Source: Pseudomonadota bacterium (GTDB lineage Bacteria > Myxococcota > JACRCW01 > JAFGSX01). Taken from it: a DNA stretch of 64,000 bases. Under the pieces are notes generated by a model. The model had not been told where the DNA came from. It saw nothing but the letters and a program-made list of their open reading frames with translations, and searched no databases. Of this stretch, positions 42,333 to 51,563 are shown piece after piece. The translations under genes and the position numbers were made by a program. Numbering within the stretch: position 1 is the stretch's first letter; each line of letters starts with the position of its first letter. Location: the NCBI GenBank assembly GCA_043821645.1, contig JBDRCO010000113.1, positions 1 to 64,000 on the forward strand, in the 5' to 3' direction.

Positions 42333-43315
42333 GCAGCGACGAGCTGATCCAGGGTGTGCGCGCGGGCGACCGGCGCTGGCTGGCCAAGGCGATCACCCTG
42401 GTCGAGAGCGCGCGTCCCGAGCACCAGACCCAGGCCGCCGCCCTGCTCGACGGTATCCTCGACACCCCACGTCGCGCCGTGCGCCTGGGTGTGAGCGGTG
42501 CGCCCGGGGCCGGCAAAAGCAGCCTCATAGAATGCCTGGGCATGCAGCTGGTGGAGAGCGGGACCCGCGTGGCCGTGCTGGCCGTGGATCCGTCGAGCCA
42601 GGTGAGCGGCGGCAGCATTCTCGGCGACAAGACCCGGATGGAGCGGCTCGGAGTTCACCCCATGGCATTCATCCGCCCCAGCCCTGCGCGGGGAAGCCTG
42701 GGTGGCGTCGCCACACACACCCGCGAGGCCATGCTGCTGTGCGAGGCCGCCGGGTATGACGTGGTGGTGGTCGAGACCGTGGGAGTGGGTCAGTCCGAGG
42801 CCACGGTGGCTGACCTCGTCGACTTCTGCGCGGTGCTGATTCCTCCCGGTGCCGGTGACGCCCTGCAGGGGATGAAGCGCGGTCTCATCGAGCTGGCCGA
42901 CGCCCTCCTGATCAACAAGGTTGACGTCGACAGCGAGGCGGCCGCACGAACCGCGCGCGACTATTCCCAGGCCCTCGAACTGCTGGGCGTCAAGGACGAC
43001 GGATGGGCCCCCCAGGTGTTGCAGATCTCGGCGCACACCGGTCAGGGCGTCGACACGCTGTGGCAGCAGGTGCAGGCGCAACGCCATGTGCTCGGTGCTG
43101 ACGGCCTCGAGCAGCGGCGTCTCAGGCAGGCGGTCCGCTGGTTCCATGCCCAGCTCGAGCAGGGTCTGTGGCGGGCCTTGCGTGGCGATCCCACCCTGCA
43201 TGCCGAGCTTCGTGCCCTGGAACAGGCTGTTCTGCAAGGTCAGATGCACCCGGACCGGGCGGCCCGCAAGCTCATCGCCCACATGCTCGCGCCACGACAC
43301 GAACCGGCCGGGTGA
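42329..43315 (+). CDS. meaB: Methylmalonyl-CoA mutase-associated GTPase
   Basis: [42 protein letters not shown] overlap with scpA. Confidence 0.96.
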
Positions 43316-43399
43316 GCACAAACGACGACGGGTCGTTGCGTCGACGCTTCGTTCGGCGCTAGCCTGGGACAGGAGCCGCCCCAGAGCCACGGAGACGGC

Positions 43400-45331
43400 G
43401 TGCGCACCTCGCTCAGCATTCGCATCTTCCTGGGTTTTCTCGCCATGCTGGCGGTTTTCGGCGGCTCGTCGGTGTACGGCATCCTGCGCATGGACGCCAT
43501 CCGCCAGGACCTGCAGTTGACCAGCCAGGGCTACCTGCAGCTCACGCGATCCCTGACCCAGGTCAAGACCATCGCCGAGTCCCGCGATGCCTACGTCGAG
43601 CGCGCCCTGGCCGAGACCGACCCGCGCGTGCGTCAATACCTGGTCCGCTATGCGCGCGACTTCTATCCGCGGGTGCTGCGCGAGCGCCTGGCCGAGCTGG
43701 CGCAGTCGGCGCGCCGGCTCGCGGGGCAATCCCTGCCCGCCTCGGATGCCACCTTCGCGTCCGAAGTGGCTGCCCGCCTGGACCGCGCGGTGGAGCTCAA
43801 CCGGGCAGCGGACAGCGCCGCAGCCGAGTTCTTCGAGCTCGTGGCCGAGGCGCCCACAGCGATCCCTACCGAGGTCCTGGCACGACAGAAGGACAGTGCC
43901 ACCGCGCTCGGCCGCGAGCTCAAGCTGGTCTCGCTCAACCTCGACAACAAGATTGCCCAGGGCGTGCTGCGCGCCGAGGAACAGGAACGCAACGCCGTGT
44001 GGGCCCTGATTGCCCTGGCGCTGGCAGGCGTGGTGGTGGGCCTCACCATCACCGTGGTGCTGACGCGGGCGCTGCGCCCCCTCACCGACCTGACCGAGGC
44101 CGCGCGCGCCATCAGTCGCGGCGCCTTCGATGTGCGCATCGAGGCCACCCGCCGCCATGACGAGATAGGGACCCTGGCCCTGAGCTTCGCGGACATGGCG
44201 CGCGCGCTGCGCGATCGCGAGGTGGTGCTGGCGCGTCGCCGCGTCGAGTTCGAGAGCCTGAACGCCTTTTTGGAGAACGTGCTGCACTCGGTGAGCACGG
44301 GCGTCGTGGTGTGCAACCGCGAGCGCGGGATCACCGTGGCCAACCGGGCGGCGCGACGGCTCATGGGCCTGACCCTGGTGGACCCCGTGGGCCGCAGCAT
44401 CGATGAGATACCTCTGGGAGGCCTGCTCGAGGAGCACTGGACCGAGATCCAGCGTGTGCTCGACGACGCCACGCCGCTCAAGCGCGAGGCGCAGGCTCTG
44501 CGACCGGCCGACGGCCCTAGCGTGCTGGTGGACCTGCGCGTGCTGCCCTTCACCCAGCCCGGCGCGCCTTCCAATGTCGGCGGATGGGTGTTCCTGCTCG
44601 ACGACGTCTCGGAGCGTGAGCGCACCCGTGAGCGCTTGCTGCAGAGCGAGCGCCTGGCCGCCATGGGACGCCTGGCCGCCCAGGTCGCCCACGAGATCCG
44701 CAACCCGCTGTCCTCGATCGGGCTCAACTGCGAACTCCTCGCCGACGACCTGCAGCGGGTGGCCGCGGACGATGGCGACGTGCAGCGTTTGCTGGGCGCC
44801 ATTGCTGCAGAGATTGACCGCCTCACCGAGATCACCGACGGCTATCTGCGCTACGCGCGTCTCCCCGAAGCTAGCCTGCGGCCGGCCGACGTGGGCGACG
44901 TGGTGCGTGACGTGGCTGATTTCGTCCGCGCCGACCTCGAGCGCCGCGGTCTGTCTCTCGAGTTGCAGGTGGCCCGGGACCTGCCCTCGCTGTCCGTGGA
45001 CCCCTCGCGAGTGCGCCTGGCCCTCCTCAACCTCCTGCGCAACGCCGCGGACGCGACCCTTGACGGCGGTTCCATCCAGCTGTCGGTGGACAGGGTCGAC
45101 GACGCGGTGCAGATCTCCGTCGACGACCACGGCGCGGGCGTGCCCGAGGAGTTGGTGCCAAAGCTGTTCGAGGCTTTCTTCTCGACCAAGCCGGATGGGA
45201 CGGGCCTGGGCCTCAGCGTGACCCGCGATGTGGCCCTCGAGCACGGTGGCGTCGCAGGCTATGAGCCACGCTCGGAGGGAGGCTCGCGGTTTTTCCTTCG
45301 GCTGGCGGCCTTGCCTCCGCAAGATGGGTAA
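43400..45331 (+). CDS. Membrane sensor histidine kinase (HAMP-PAS-HisKA-HATPase, NtrB/PilS-like)
   Basis: Two TM segments, HAMP, AHEIRNPL, NLLRNA, DHGAG, FFSTK, GTGLGL. Confidence 0.93.
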   Translation: MRTSLSIRIFLGFLAMLAVFGGSSVYGILRMDAIRQDLQLTSQGYLQLTRSLTQVKTIAESRDAYVERALAETDPRVRQYLVRYARDFYPRVLRERLAELAQSARRLAGQSLPASDATFASEVAARLDRAVELNRAADSAAAEFFELVAEAPTAIPTEVLARQKDSATALGRELKLVSLNLDNKIAQGVLRAEEQERNAVWALIALALAGVVVGLTITVVLTRALRPLTDLTEAARAISRGAFDVRIEATRRHDEIGTLALSFADMARALRDREVVLARRRVEFESLNAFLENVLHSVSTGVVVCNRERGITVANRAARRLMGLTLVDPVGRSIDEIPLGGLLEEHWTEIQRVLDDATPLKREAQALRPADGPSVLVDLRVLPFTQPGAPSNVGGWVFLLDDVSERERTRERLLQSERLAAMGRLAAQVAHEIRNPLSSIGLNCELLADDLQRVAADDGDVQRLLGAIAAEIDRLTEITDGYLRYARLPEASLRPADVGDVVRDVADFVRADLERRGLSLELQVARDLPSLSVDPSRVRLALLNLLRNAADATLDGGSIQLSVDRVDDAVQISVDDHGAGVPEELVPKLFEAFFSTKPDGTGLGLSVTRDVALEHGGVAGYEPRSEGGSRFFLRLAALPPQDG

Positions 45332-45717
45332 TAGTTTAATTATATCTTTATCTTACAATTTTTTTGGCCTCTCACTTCACATGCAGCGGACGGCGGCAGG
45401 GTCGGGCAGCCCGCCTGGCCCGAGTATCCGTCTGTGTGGCACGACGGGCCCTGAGCCGACGATTCTCACGCTTTTCCTGATGGCACATGCACTACATGCA
45501 CTGTCACGTGCTGAACAGTCCGAAAATCGAACTTCAATCGGTGGGTCTCACTGGGTTTTTTGCAACGACTGGTCTTTTTCAGATGCTGTCAAAACCGATG
45601 CTGCCTTGAAGAAGGGACTGATTTGCGGCGCGATCACAAGTTTTCAAGATCGTGTTATTGCTTGCAGTTTGATCGCTGGAGGCCAGGCAGAGGGCCAGGG
45701 TCGTTTATTTTTATTTG

Positions 45718-45735
45718 TTATTTCATATAGATACA
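45718..45735. promoter_or_regulatory. AT-rich, possibly IHF-like site upstream of the promoter
   Basis: TTATTTCATATAGATAC with flanking T-tracts; loose match only. Confidence 0.3.
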
Positions 45736-45827
45736 GAACTTTTTGATATCACATGTTTTTTTGTAACCACCCTGAGGGGTGTGCAAATCTTAACCACCAC
45801 GATTGTTGAAACGCGCTTTTTCAAACC

Positions 45828-45855
45828 TTGACAAGGATCGGCCCCTGGCTAAGAT
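45828..45855 (+). promoter_or_regulatory. Sigma70-type promoter TTGACA-N16-TAAGAT
   Basis: Perfect -35 and near-consensus -10, with AT-rich upstream sequence, in a high-GC genome. Confidence 0.75.
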
Positions 45856-45861
45856 GCCAAG

Positions 45862-46061
45862 CAGTTGCGACGGGCTCTCTCTTGGAGGACGAACTGGGTT
45901 GACGTTTGGCGGACAGACAATCCTCGTAGCCATCTGGTCCTTCCGTTGAACGTCATCCCTGTTGGTCGGCCGAGAGAAGAGCCGCTCACGGTCGCCCTAG
46001 ACCTCAACACACACCGAGGTCTTCTGGTCTCCGGGTCGCCCCAAGGGGCGGCCCGGAGGCT
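45862..46061 (+). ncRNA. Candidate structured ncRNA with three stem-loops; family not recognised
   Basis: Rod hairpin 45867-45995, hairpin 45999-46022 and 16-bp hairpin 46026-46061, directly after the promoter. Confidence 0.6.
46026..46061 (+). terminator. GC-rich hairpin, possible terminator or 3' stabiliser (no U-tract)
   Basis: GGTCTCCGGGTCGCCC-CAAG-GGGCGGCCCGGAGGCT. Confidence 0.45.
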
Positions 46062-46184
46062 CCCCCGTCTCCCCCGGACTTCCTGTCACCCCTGCATAGG
46101 TTCTTCAGCAGTGAGCTGCGACCAAGGAGACAGGCCCCCAGTGTGCTGCCAGCCCCCTGGCGAGATGCAGCACAGTCCCGGGAC

Positions 46185-46553
46185 ATGAACTCCCTGCGCA
46201 ACGAACTCGTCGAGCAGCTGGTTCGCGAGCTGTGGCACGATCCGACCCAGGCCAGCCGCAACCGCCACTTTCAAGCCTTCCAGGGCGACCTGGGGCGCCG
46301 CGCCCTGCGCTGCTATCGCCTGCTGCGCTCGCTGCGCCGTGAGCTCCTGCTCGCCGACCGGGTGACGGTGGAGCGTGATGGGCGTGGCACCTCCGTCATG
46401 GTCGAACTGCACGGCGTGCATGCCCGCCGGCGGGTGTCCCTGACGCCCCGACTGTTCGCCTTGCTCCAGGACGACGAGGAACTGCGCCATCGCCTGCCGG
46501 GAGACGTGGCTGCGGGAGGTCCGATCGAGGGCCCGCTGCGCGGCCTCAGTTGA
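46185..46553 (+). CDS. Hypothetical protein
   Basis: MNSLRNELVEQLVREL...SRNRHFQAF; GC-rich third codon positions. Confidence 0.65.
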   Translation: MNSLRNELVEQLVRELWHDPTQASRNRHFQAFQGDLGRRALRCYRLLRSLRRELLLADRVTVERDGRGTSVMVELHGVHARRRVSLTPRLFALLQDDEELRHRLPGDVAAGGPIEGPLRGLS

Positions 46554-49500
46554 CCTTGTCGAGGATCTGGGAGTCGCTCTGTGTCCCCGCACGCCAGGTC
46601 AGGGTGGTGCGGTCCCGCGCCGTGTGATCGTCGAAGTCGAAGTTGTCCACCTTGAGCTGGAACAGGGTCCAGAAATGGTTGCCCGTGGGGATGTTGTCGA
46701 TCCGGGTCTCACCGCCCAGCTCGGGCAGGGTGATGGTTCGCGGGTCGCCCCTGACGATCACGGTCCACAGCGGCGTGAAGCTGTCGTTGCCGGAGTCGTA
46801 GACCGAGATGATGGTCATGTCAGGGGTGGCGCCCCCCGAACGCGCGAAGGTGAATCGGCCCTCGGTGGGGCTCTGGGTGGTGCCATTCTGGAACGAGCTG
46901 GAGGTGAACTGCGGGAAGAACACCCAGGTCGACAGCATGGGAGGCGACATGCTGGTCAGATTGCGCACGAAGGAGTTGGCAGTGGGGGTGGTGAAGTCCA
47001 CGATGGTGTTGCCATCGACCACCGGGGCGGAGACGTAGCCGCGTACCGTGTAGGTCCAGGCTCCCCGCAGCAGTGGCACGGGGCCGAAGTTGATGCCCGA
47101 ACCATCGCCCTTGAGCTGCCCCAGAAACACGAAGTTTCCACTGTTGCCCGTGTGCAGGTAGGCGTCCGCGGTGTAGGCCGTGCCGTTGGCCCCGAGGTAG
47201 GTCGGGTTGCTGTTGATGCTGGCGTTGAAGGCGACGGCAGGCACGTCGAGGTTGATGTTGTTGCCGCCGGTGGCTCCGCCTCCGCCTTGCACATTGATGT
47301 CGGTGGTGATGCCGTAGGTGGCGCCGATGGTGCCCCAGATGAAGAAGCCGAAGCCATCGTACCAGGCCGAGCCCAGCCAGCCCTCGCAGTTCTGATTGCC
47401 CTGCTGCTGGCACTGCGCCGTCCCCGACACGGGCTGGTTGCCACACACGCCGTCGACGGAATCCCAGAAGGCCACAGAGGCGATCACTGCGTGCACGCCG
47501 GGCGAAGAATTGACCGAGTAGCTGGCGTCCCCCAGCACGGTCGCGGTGCCGTCGGGGAGGACCAGGGAACACGTGGCCTGGTCGCTGCGAATCTCGATGG
47601 CCCAGGATTCGATTCCTGGCGGGTAGTTGCCGTTAAGGATATCGGAGTGCGACGGAACCACCTGGGCCACGCGGTAGTAGCGGTTGGCCGGGTTGCCCGT
47701 GGGGAGACCCGCATTGGACCAGCCCGTCACCGTTCCACTGATCACGCCGTGATCGTAGGGCTGCGCATTGGGGTTCTTGGGCGTCAACAGCACGGTCACA
47801 TTCTGCGCGTTGAGGCCGATGATGCTCGTGGTCTCGAAATCGGTGGCGCCGACCGTGATCATGAGCGGTCCCTGTAAAACCTTGTCACCCGACAGCACCG
47901 TCATTCCGTTCACGTCGGTGACACCCTTGTTGTACGAGCCCTCGGTCACGTTGCCGTCGTCACCGGCGAACACCACCGCGTTGCGCAGCCGGGTCAGGTC
48001 ATCGTCGCGAATGACCGTAATACTGAGGTTGTGAGCGATGGGACCGCCGCCGTGGACCGCGTCCTTGTCGGTGGGATCTACCACCTGCAGCACCTCGGTG
48101 TCCTCCTGACCCGTCTCGTTGTTGCGCACCAGCAGGGTCTTCTGCCCCTCGTTCATGGGCCCGCGCGAGCGGAAGGTCAGGATGTGCAGGTCGACCTGGT
48201 CGCGCTGCAGGTCGTCCACCGGGTTGCCGTCGATGGTGACCGTCATGTTGATGGCCTCGGCAAAACCTGTACCCACCACGGTGATGAAGGTGCGCCCAGC
48301 CTTGGACAGGATGCTGGGCGTCACGGTCTGGATGCGCGTGAATTCCCGGAAGGCCACACCCACCCACTCGGCCGAGGTCTCGAACTCCGTCTGCACCGTG
48401 ACCGGGATGTCCTCGCCCTCGGGATGCGGCGGTGCATTGCAGGTGAGCTCGGCCTGGTTGGTCACGATGACATTGGTTGCGGCCATGTTGCCGAAGAACA
48501 CCTGGGTGCTGCCAATGGTGAAGCCCTCGCCATTGACGGTGACGGTGTCACCCCCGGCCGAGGGCAACACCGTGGGCGTGACCTGGGTGATGACCGGTAC
48601 CCGATAATAAGTGAATCCATTTTCGAGCGTGGCGACGTCGGCCTGGCGGTGCGCGGTGACCGCCACAGGCTCTGACACCAGGGTTCCTGCCAGGGCGTAG
48701 GGCGGGGTCTGCACCCGGATGCTGGTGCTGGTCACCTGGTCGATGGCGGCCTCGGTGCCTGCAAACTGGATGGTGACCAGGCTGTCGAAGCCAGTGCCGG
48801 TGATCTCGACCTGGGTGCCACCCGCATTGCGGCCGATGCGCGGATTGACGTCGAGGATGCGCAGGGTCGTATCCGTCGAGCTGTAGTAGGTGAAACCGCC
48901 CGCCAGCATCCCTTCATCACCCGGCGCGCGGCGCACCACCACGTCGACGGAACCCGCGGTGCTGGCGACAGGCACCGTGGCGGTGATGGTGGTGGAGTTG
49001 ACCACCGTGTAGGTGACCGCGTCGTTGCCGCCAAACAGCACCGCGACGGCGCCATCAAAGGCACTGCCGATGATGGTGACCTGGCGGGTCTGGTTCATGA
49101 AGGCCCAGTTGGGGGTCACGCCCGAGACCACCACCGGATCGCGCACGGTCAGGCCCGCGGGCAACACCGCCTCCCGATTGTCGCCGTTGCGCACCAGGAC
49201 GTCGTAGCTGCCAACCGTGAGCGCGGGTAGCTGGGCCTCGATCGCGGTGTCGCTCGAGGAGATCAGGGCCAGCTGCTGCGTGCCGACGCGGACGACGGGA
49301 TCGATGGCGTCGACCACGAAGCCGCTGCCGTTGATGGTCAAGGTGGTCGCGGCATTGGCCGGGATGGCGAAGGGTGAGATGCCGGAGATGGTCACGGCCT
49401 GCTGATAGGTGAAGGCATCGAGCAGTTCTCCGGTGCCCGCCGACGAGGTGGCCTTGATGGAGACCACGCCGCGCGCGGCCGGCGGTGAGATCACGACCAG

Positions 49501-49746
49501 CTCACTGGCGGTGGCGGACTCGATGCTGGCGGCCGCCGTGCCAAAGGCCACGGTGGTGACGTTGGCAAGATTGGCACCAGCCAGGGTCACGGTGTCCGCA
49601 CCGCTGGTCAGGCCAATGCTTGGCGAGATCGCGATCAGGCTCGGTGCGGGGGGAGGCAGGGGTGGCGGCGGTGGATCCGGTGGAGGCTCACAACCCGCAG
49701 CACCCAGGACTCCCAACACCACAAGCCATGCGACATGACGATGCAT
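46546..49746 (-). CDS. IPT/TIG-domain surface lipoprotein
   Basis: AGGAG RBS, lipobox AAGC, tandem 'ISP..G...GG..VTI.G..F' IPT/TIG units. Confidence 0.88.
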   Translation of the reverse strand: MHRHVAWLVVLGVLGAAGCEPPPDPPPPPLPPPAPSLIAISPSIGLTSGADTVTLAGANLANVTTVAFGTAAASIESATASELVVISPPAARGVVSIKATSSAGTGELLDAFTYQQAVTISGISPFAIPANAATTLTINGSGFVVDAIDPVVRVGTQQLALISSSDTAIEAQLPALTVGSYDVLVRNGDNREAVLPAGLTVRDPVVVSGVTPNWAFMNQTRQVTIIGSAFDGAVAVLFGGNDAVTYTVVNSTTITATVPVASTAGSVDVVVRRAPGDEGMLAGGFTYYSSTDTTLRILDVNPRIGRNAGGTQVEITGTGFDSLVTIQFAGTEAAIDQVTSTSIRVQTPPYALAGTLVSEPVAVTAHRQADVATLENGFTYYRVPVITQVTPTVLPSAGGDTVTVNGEGFTIGSTQVFFGNMAATNVIVTNQAELTCNAPPHPEGEDIPVTVQTEFETSAEWVGVAFREFTRIQTVTPSILSKAGRTFITVVGTGFAEAINMTVTIDGNPVDDLQRDQVDLHILTFRSRGPMNEGQKTLLVRNNETGQEDTEVLQVVDPTDKDAVHGGGPIAHNLSITVIRDDDLTRLRNAVVFAGDDGNVTEGSYNKGVTDVNGMTVLSGDKVLQGPLMITVGATDFETTSIIGLNAQNVTVLLTPKNPNAQPYDHGVISGTVTGWSNAGLPTGNPANRYYRVAQVVPSHSDILNGNYPPGIESWAIEIRSDQATCSLVLPDGTATVLGDASYSVNSSPGVHAVIASVAFWDSVDGVCGNQPVSGTAQCQQQGNQNCEGWLGSAWYDGFGFFIWGTIGATYGITTDINVQGGGGATGGNNINLDVPAVAFNASINSNPTYLGANGTAYTADAYLHTGNSGNFVFLGQLKGDGSGINFGPVPLLRGAWTYTVRGYVSAPVVDGNTIVDFTTPTANSFVRNLTSMSPPMLSTWVFFPQFTSSSFQNGTTQSPTEGRFTFARSGGATPDMTIISVYDSGNDSFTPLWTVIVRGDPRTITLPELGGETRIDNIPTGNHFWTLFQLKVDNFDFDDHTARDRTTLTWRAGTQSDSQILDKVN

Positions 49747-49885
49747 TGCCCACTCCTTTGGCTTCGCTCGCACCACGCCAGACCAGCGCACGCCTGTACC
49801 CGGAGCGCCGATCCCGCGTTCCCAGACCCATATTATCGCATCCTGCGCCCAGGGAGTGCCCCCGGTGTCCCGGGCCCCCCGGAAC

Positions 49886-50716
49886 TCACCACCAGGGCTG
49901 GAGCTGCCCCTCGAAGACCACCTCGCTGGGACCGCGCAGCCAGGCCTGCCAGCGATCGTCGATGGTGACCTGCAGCAACCCACCTGGCATGCGCACCTCG
50001 ATCGATCGACCGGCCTCGACTTGCCCCGCGAGGATCAAGGCTCCGACCGCCGCGCAGGCTCCTGAACCACAGGCCAGGGTGCGGCCCACGCCGCGCTCGT
50101 AGACCTCGACCTCGCAACGATCGCCATCGATCCGCTGCACCCACTCGACGTTGGTCCCTTCGATGAAGGAGGGATGACCGCTCAGGGTGGCGCCCAGCGT
50201 TTCCACCTCGTCGGGCAGGCCGTGGCGGAGCAGCACGAGGTGCGGGTTGCCCAGGGACAGCGCAAAGGCGGGTACCTGGCTCGTCCCGAGGTGCATCAGG
50301 TGGCCCTGCCAGGTCTCCCCACCGGCCACACCCTCGCTCTGGACCGTTCCCATCTCGACCTCGACATCCGCCCGTCGCCCCTGGCCACCGCCATGGATCA
50401 CGCAGCGTCGCATACCCATGTCGGTCTCGAGGCGAAGCGAGGTCGGCAGGCCGTGCTGCCAGACCAGGTAGTGGGCAGCGCAGCGAAGGCCGTTGCCACA
50501 CATCTCGGCCCGGCTGCCATCGGCGTTGAGGAACACGACGCGACCGCCGTCCGGTGGGTTCGAGCGCACGAGGATCAGGCCGTCGGCCCCGATGCCCTCG
50601 TGCAGCGCGCACAGGTGCCGGGCGATTGCCGCGGGGTCCTTGACCGTTCGCTCTCCCTCGTCGAGGATGACGAAGTCGTTGCGGGCGCCGTGCATCTTCA
50701 CGAAGCGGAGTTCCAT
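49886..50716 (-). CDS. dapF: Diaminopimelate epimerase
   Basis: KMHGARNDF, NADGSRAEMCGNG, GNPH, ERGVGRTLACGSG. Confidence 0.96.
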   Translation of the reverse strand: MELRFVKMHGARNDFVILDEGERTVKDPAAIARHLCALHEGIGADGLILVRSNPPDGGRVVFLNADGSRAEMCGNGLRCAAHYLVWQHGLPTSLRLETDMGMRRCVIHGGGQGRRADVEVEMGTVQSEGVAGGETWQGHLMHLGTSQVPAFALSLGNPHLVLLRHGLPDEVETLGATLSGHPSFIEGTNVEWVQRIDGDRCEVEVYERGVGRTLACGSGACAAVGALILAGQVEAGRSIEVRMPGGLLQVTIDDRWQAWLRGPSEVVFEGQLQPWW

Positions 50717-50717
50717 G

Positions 50718-51515
50718 ATGAAGCGCTCTCTTTTCGCCAGCCCACGCTATGGCCTGCTCGTCGTGGCGTCAATCGCGCTTGCCGGCCTGCTGGCCGCCTG
50801 TCCGTCGCGGACCCGGCTGGAGGGCGCGGACATGGATGCCCTGCGCGAGAGCTACCAGGGGCAGACCTTCTACCTCCGGCAGTCGCTCTACCATGGCCGC
50901 TTCTACGACGACGATCACCGACGCTTGGTGGACGCCCACGCGTTCAAGGACCTCAAGCTGATGACCGCGCCGGACGGTGAGATCATCATCCCGCCGCCCC
51001 CCGACGGCATCCTGCCCGCGGGCACCAGGGTCGAGGTCCTCGATGTGGAATTCCCGACCAGCGGTGCCATCGTCAAGCGCCCGCTGTTCACACCCCGTTA
51101 CAATGTCTGGGTCACACTCAAGGTCGGGCGCGTCAGTGGCGACCTCGCGTTGTTCAAGCCCGAGGAACACGTCTGGGTCCTGCCCACCACCGTGCGCAGC
51201 ATGGACGCGATCCGCGCGTCCCTCGAGGCCTTGCTGAGCGCGGAGCCCCTGGACCCCTGGCTTGCCCGACGCAGTGAGGCAGCGCGCCTGGCCATCTTCG
51301 AGAAGCGCGCAGAACAGGGGCTGAGCACCGAGGAACTCACCGCAGCACTGGGTCTTCCCGAGACCCTGCACCGCAGCTTCGAGGGCGAGCAGCGCATCGA
51401 GCGTGCGCTGTTCGGCGGGACGGAGGTCACCCTGGTCGATGGTGTGGTGACCGAGATCCGGGATGCGGCACCGTCGGAGAATGCGTCGTCGAGCAGCTCC
51501 AGCCCCGCCGAGTGA
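50718..51515 (+). CDS. Hypothetical lipoprotein
   Basis: Lipobox LAAC; GC-rich third codon positions; start is 50715 or 50718. Confidence 0.7.
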   Translation: MKRSLFASPRYGLLVVASIALAGLLAACPSRTRLEGADMDALRESYQGQTFYLRQSLYHGRFYDDDHRRLVDAHAFKDLKLMTAPDGEIIIPPPPDGILPAGTRVEVLDVEFPTSGAIVKRPLFTPRYNVWVTLKVGRVSGDLALFKPEEHVWVLPTTVRSMDAIRASLEALLSAEPLDPWLARRSEAARLAIFEKRAEQGLSTEELTAALGLPETLHRSFEGEQRIERALFGGTEVTLVDGVVTEIRDAAPSENASSSSSSPAE

Positions 51516-51563
51516 GCCGCCGCAGCCCGGTGCCACCGTCTCCTGACACCAACGGAGCCCGTG

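Noticed and set aside
45330-45360. dif-like site (reverse strand TAAGATAA-AGAT-ATAATTAAACT)
   Set aside because: Spacer too short and XerD arm does not match TTATGT
45228-45746. 172-aa ORF across the AT-rich region
   Set aside because: Atypical codon usage, overlaps the kinase, no recognisable motif
45332-45827. Replication origin
   Set aside because: No clear TTATCCACA DnaA boxes and no dnaA or other oriC-linked genes in the window
45899-45949. 16-codon ORF (TTG start, MTFGGQTILVAIWSFR) after GGAGG inside the RNA hairpin
   Set aside because: Weak start, long spacer, buried in the stem; not supportable without Ribo-seq, though a dual-function RNA is not excluded
45862-46061. Identity as 6S, SRP, tmRNA, RNase P or retron msr-msd
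   Set aside because: Hallmark motifs not seen (no large central bubble, no SRP GGAA domain, no tRNA-like ends) and no reverse transcriptase in the window
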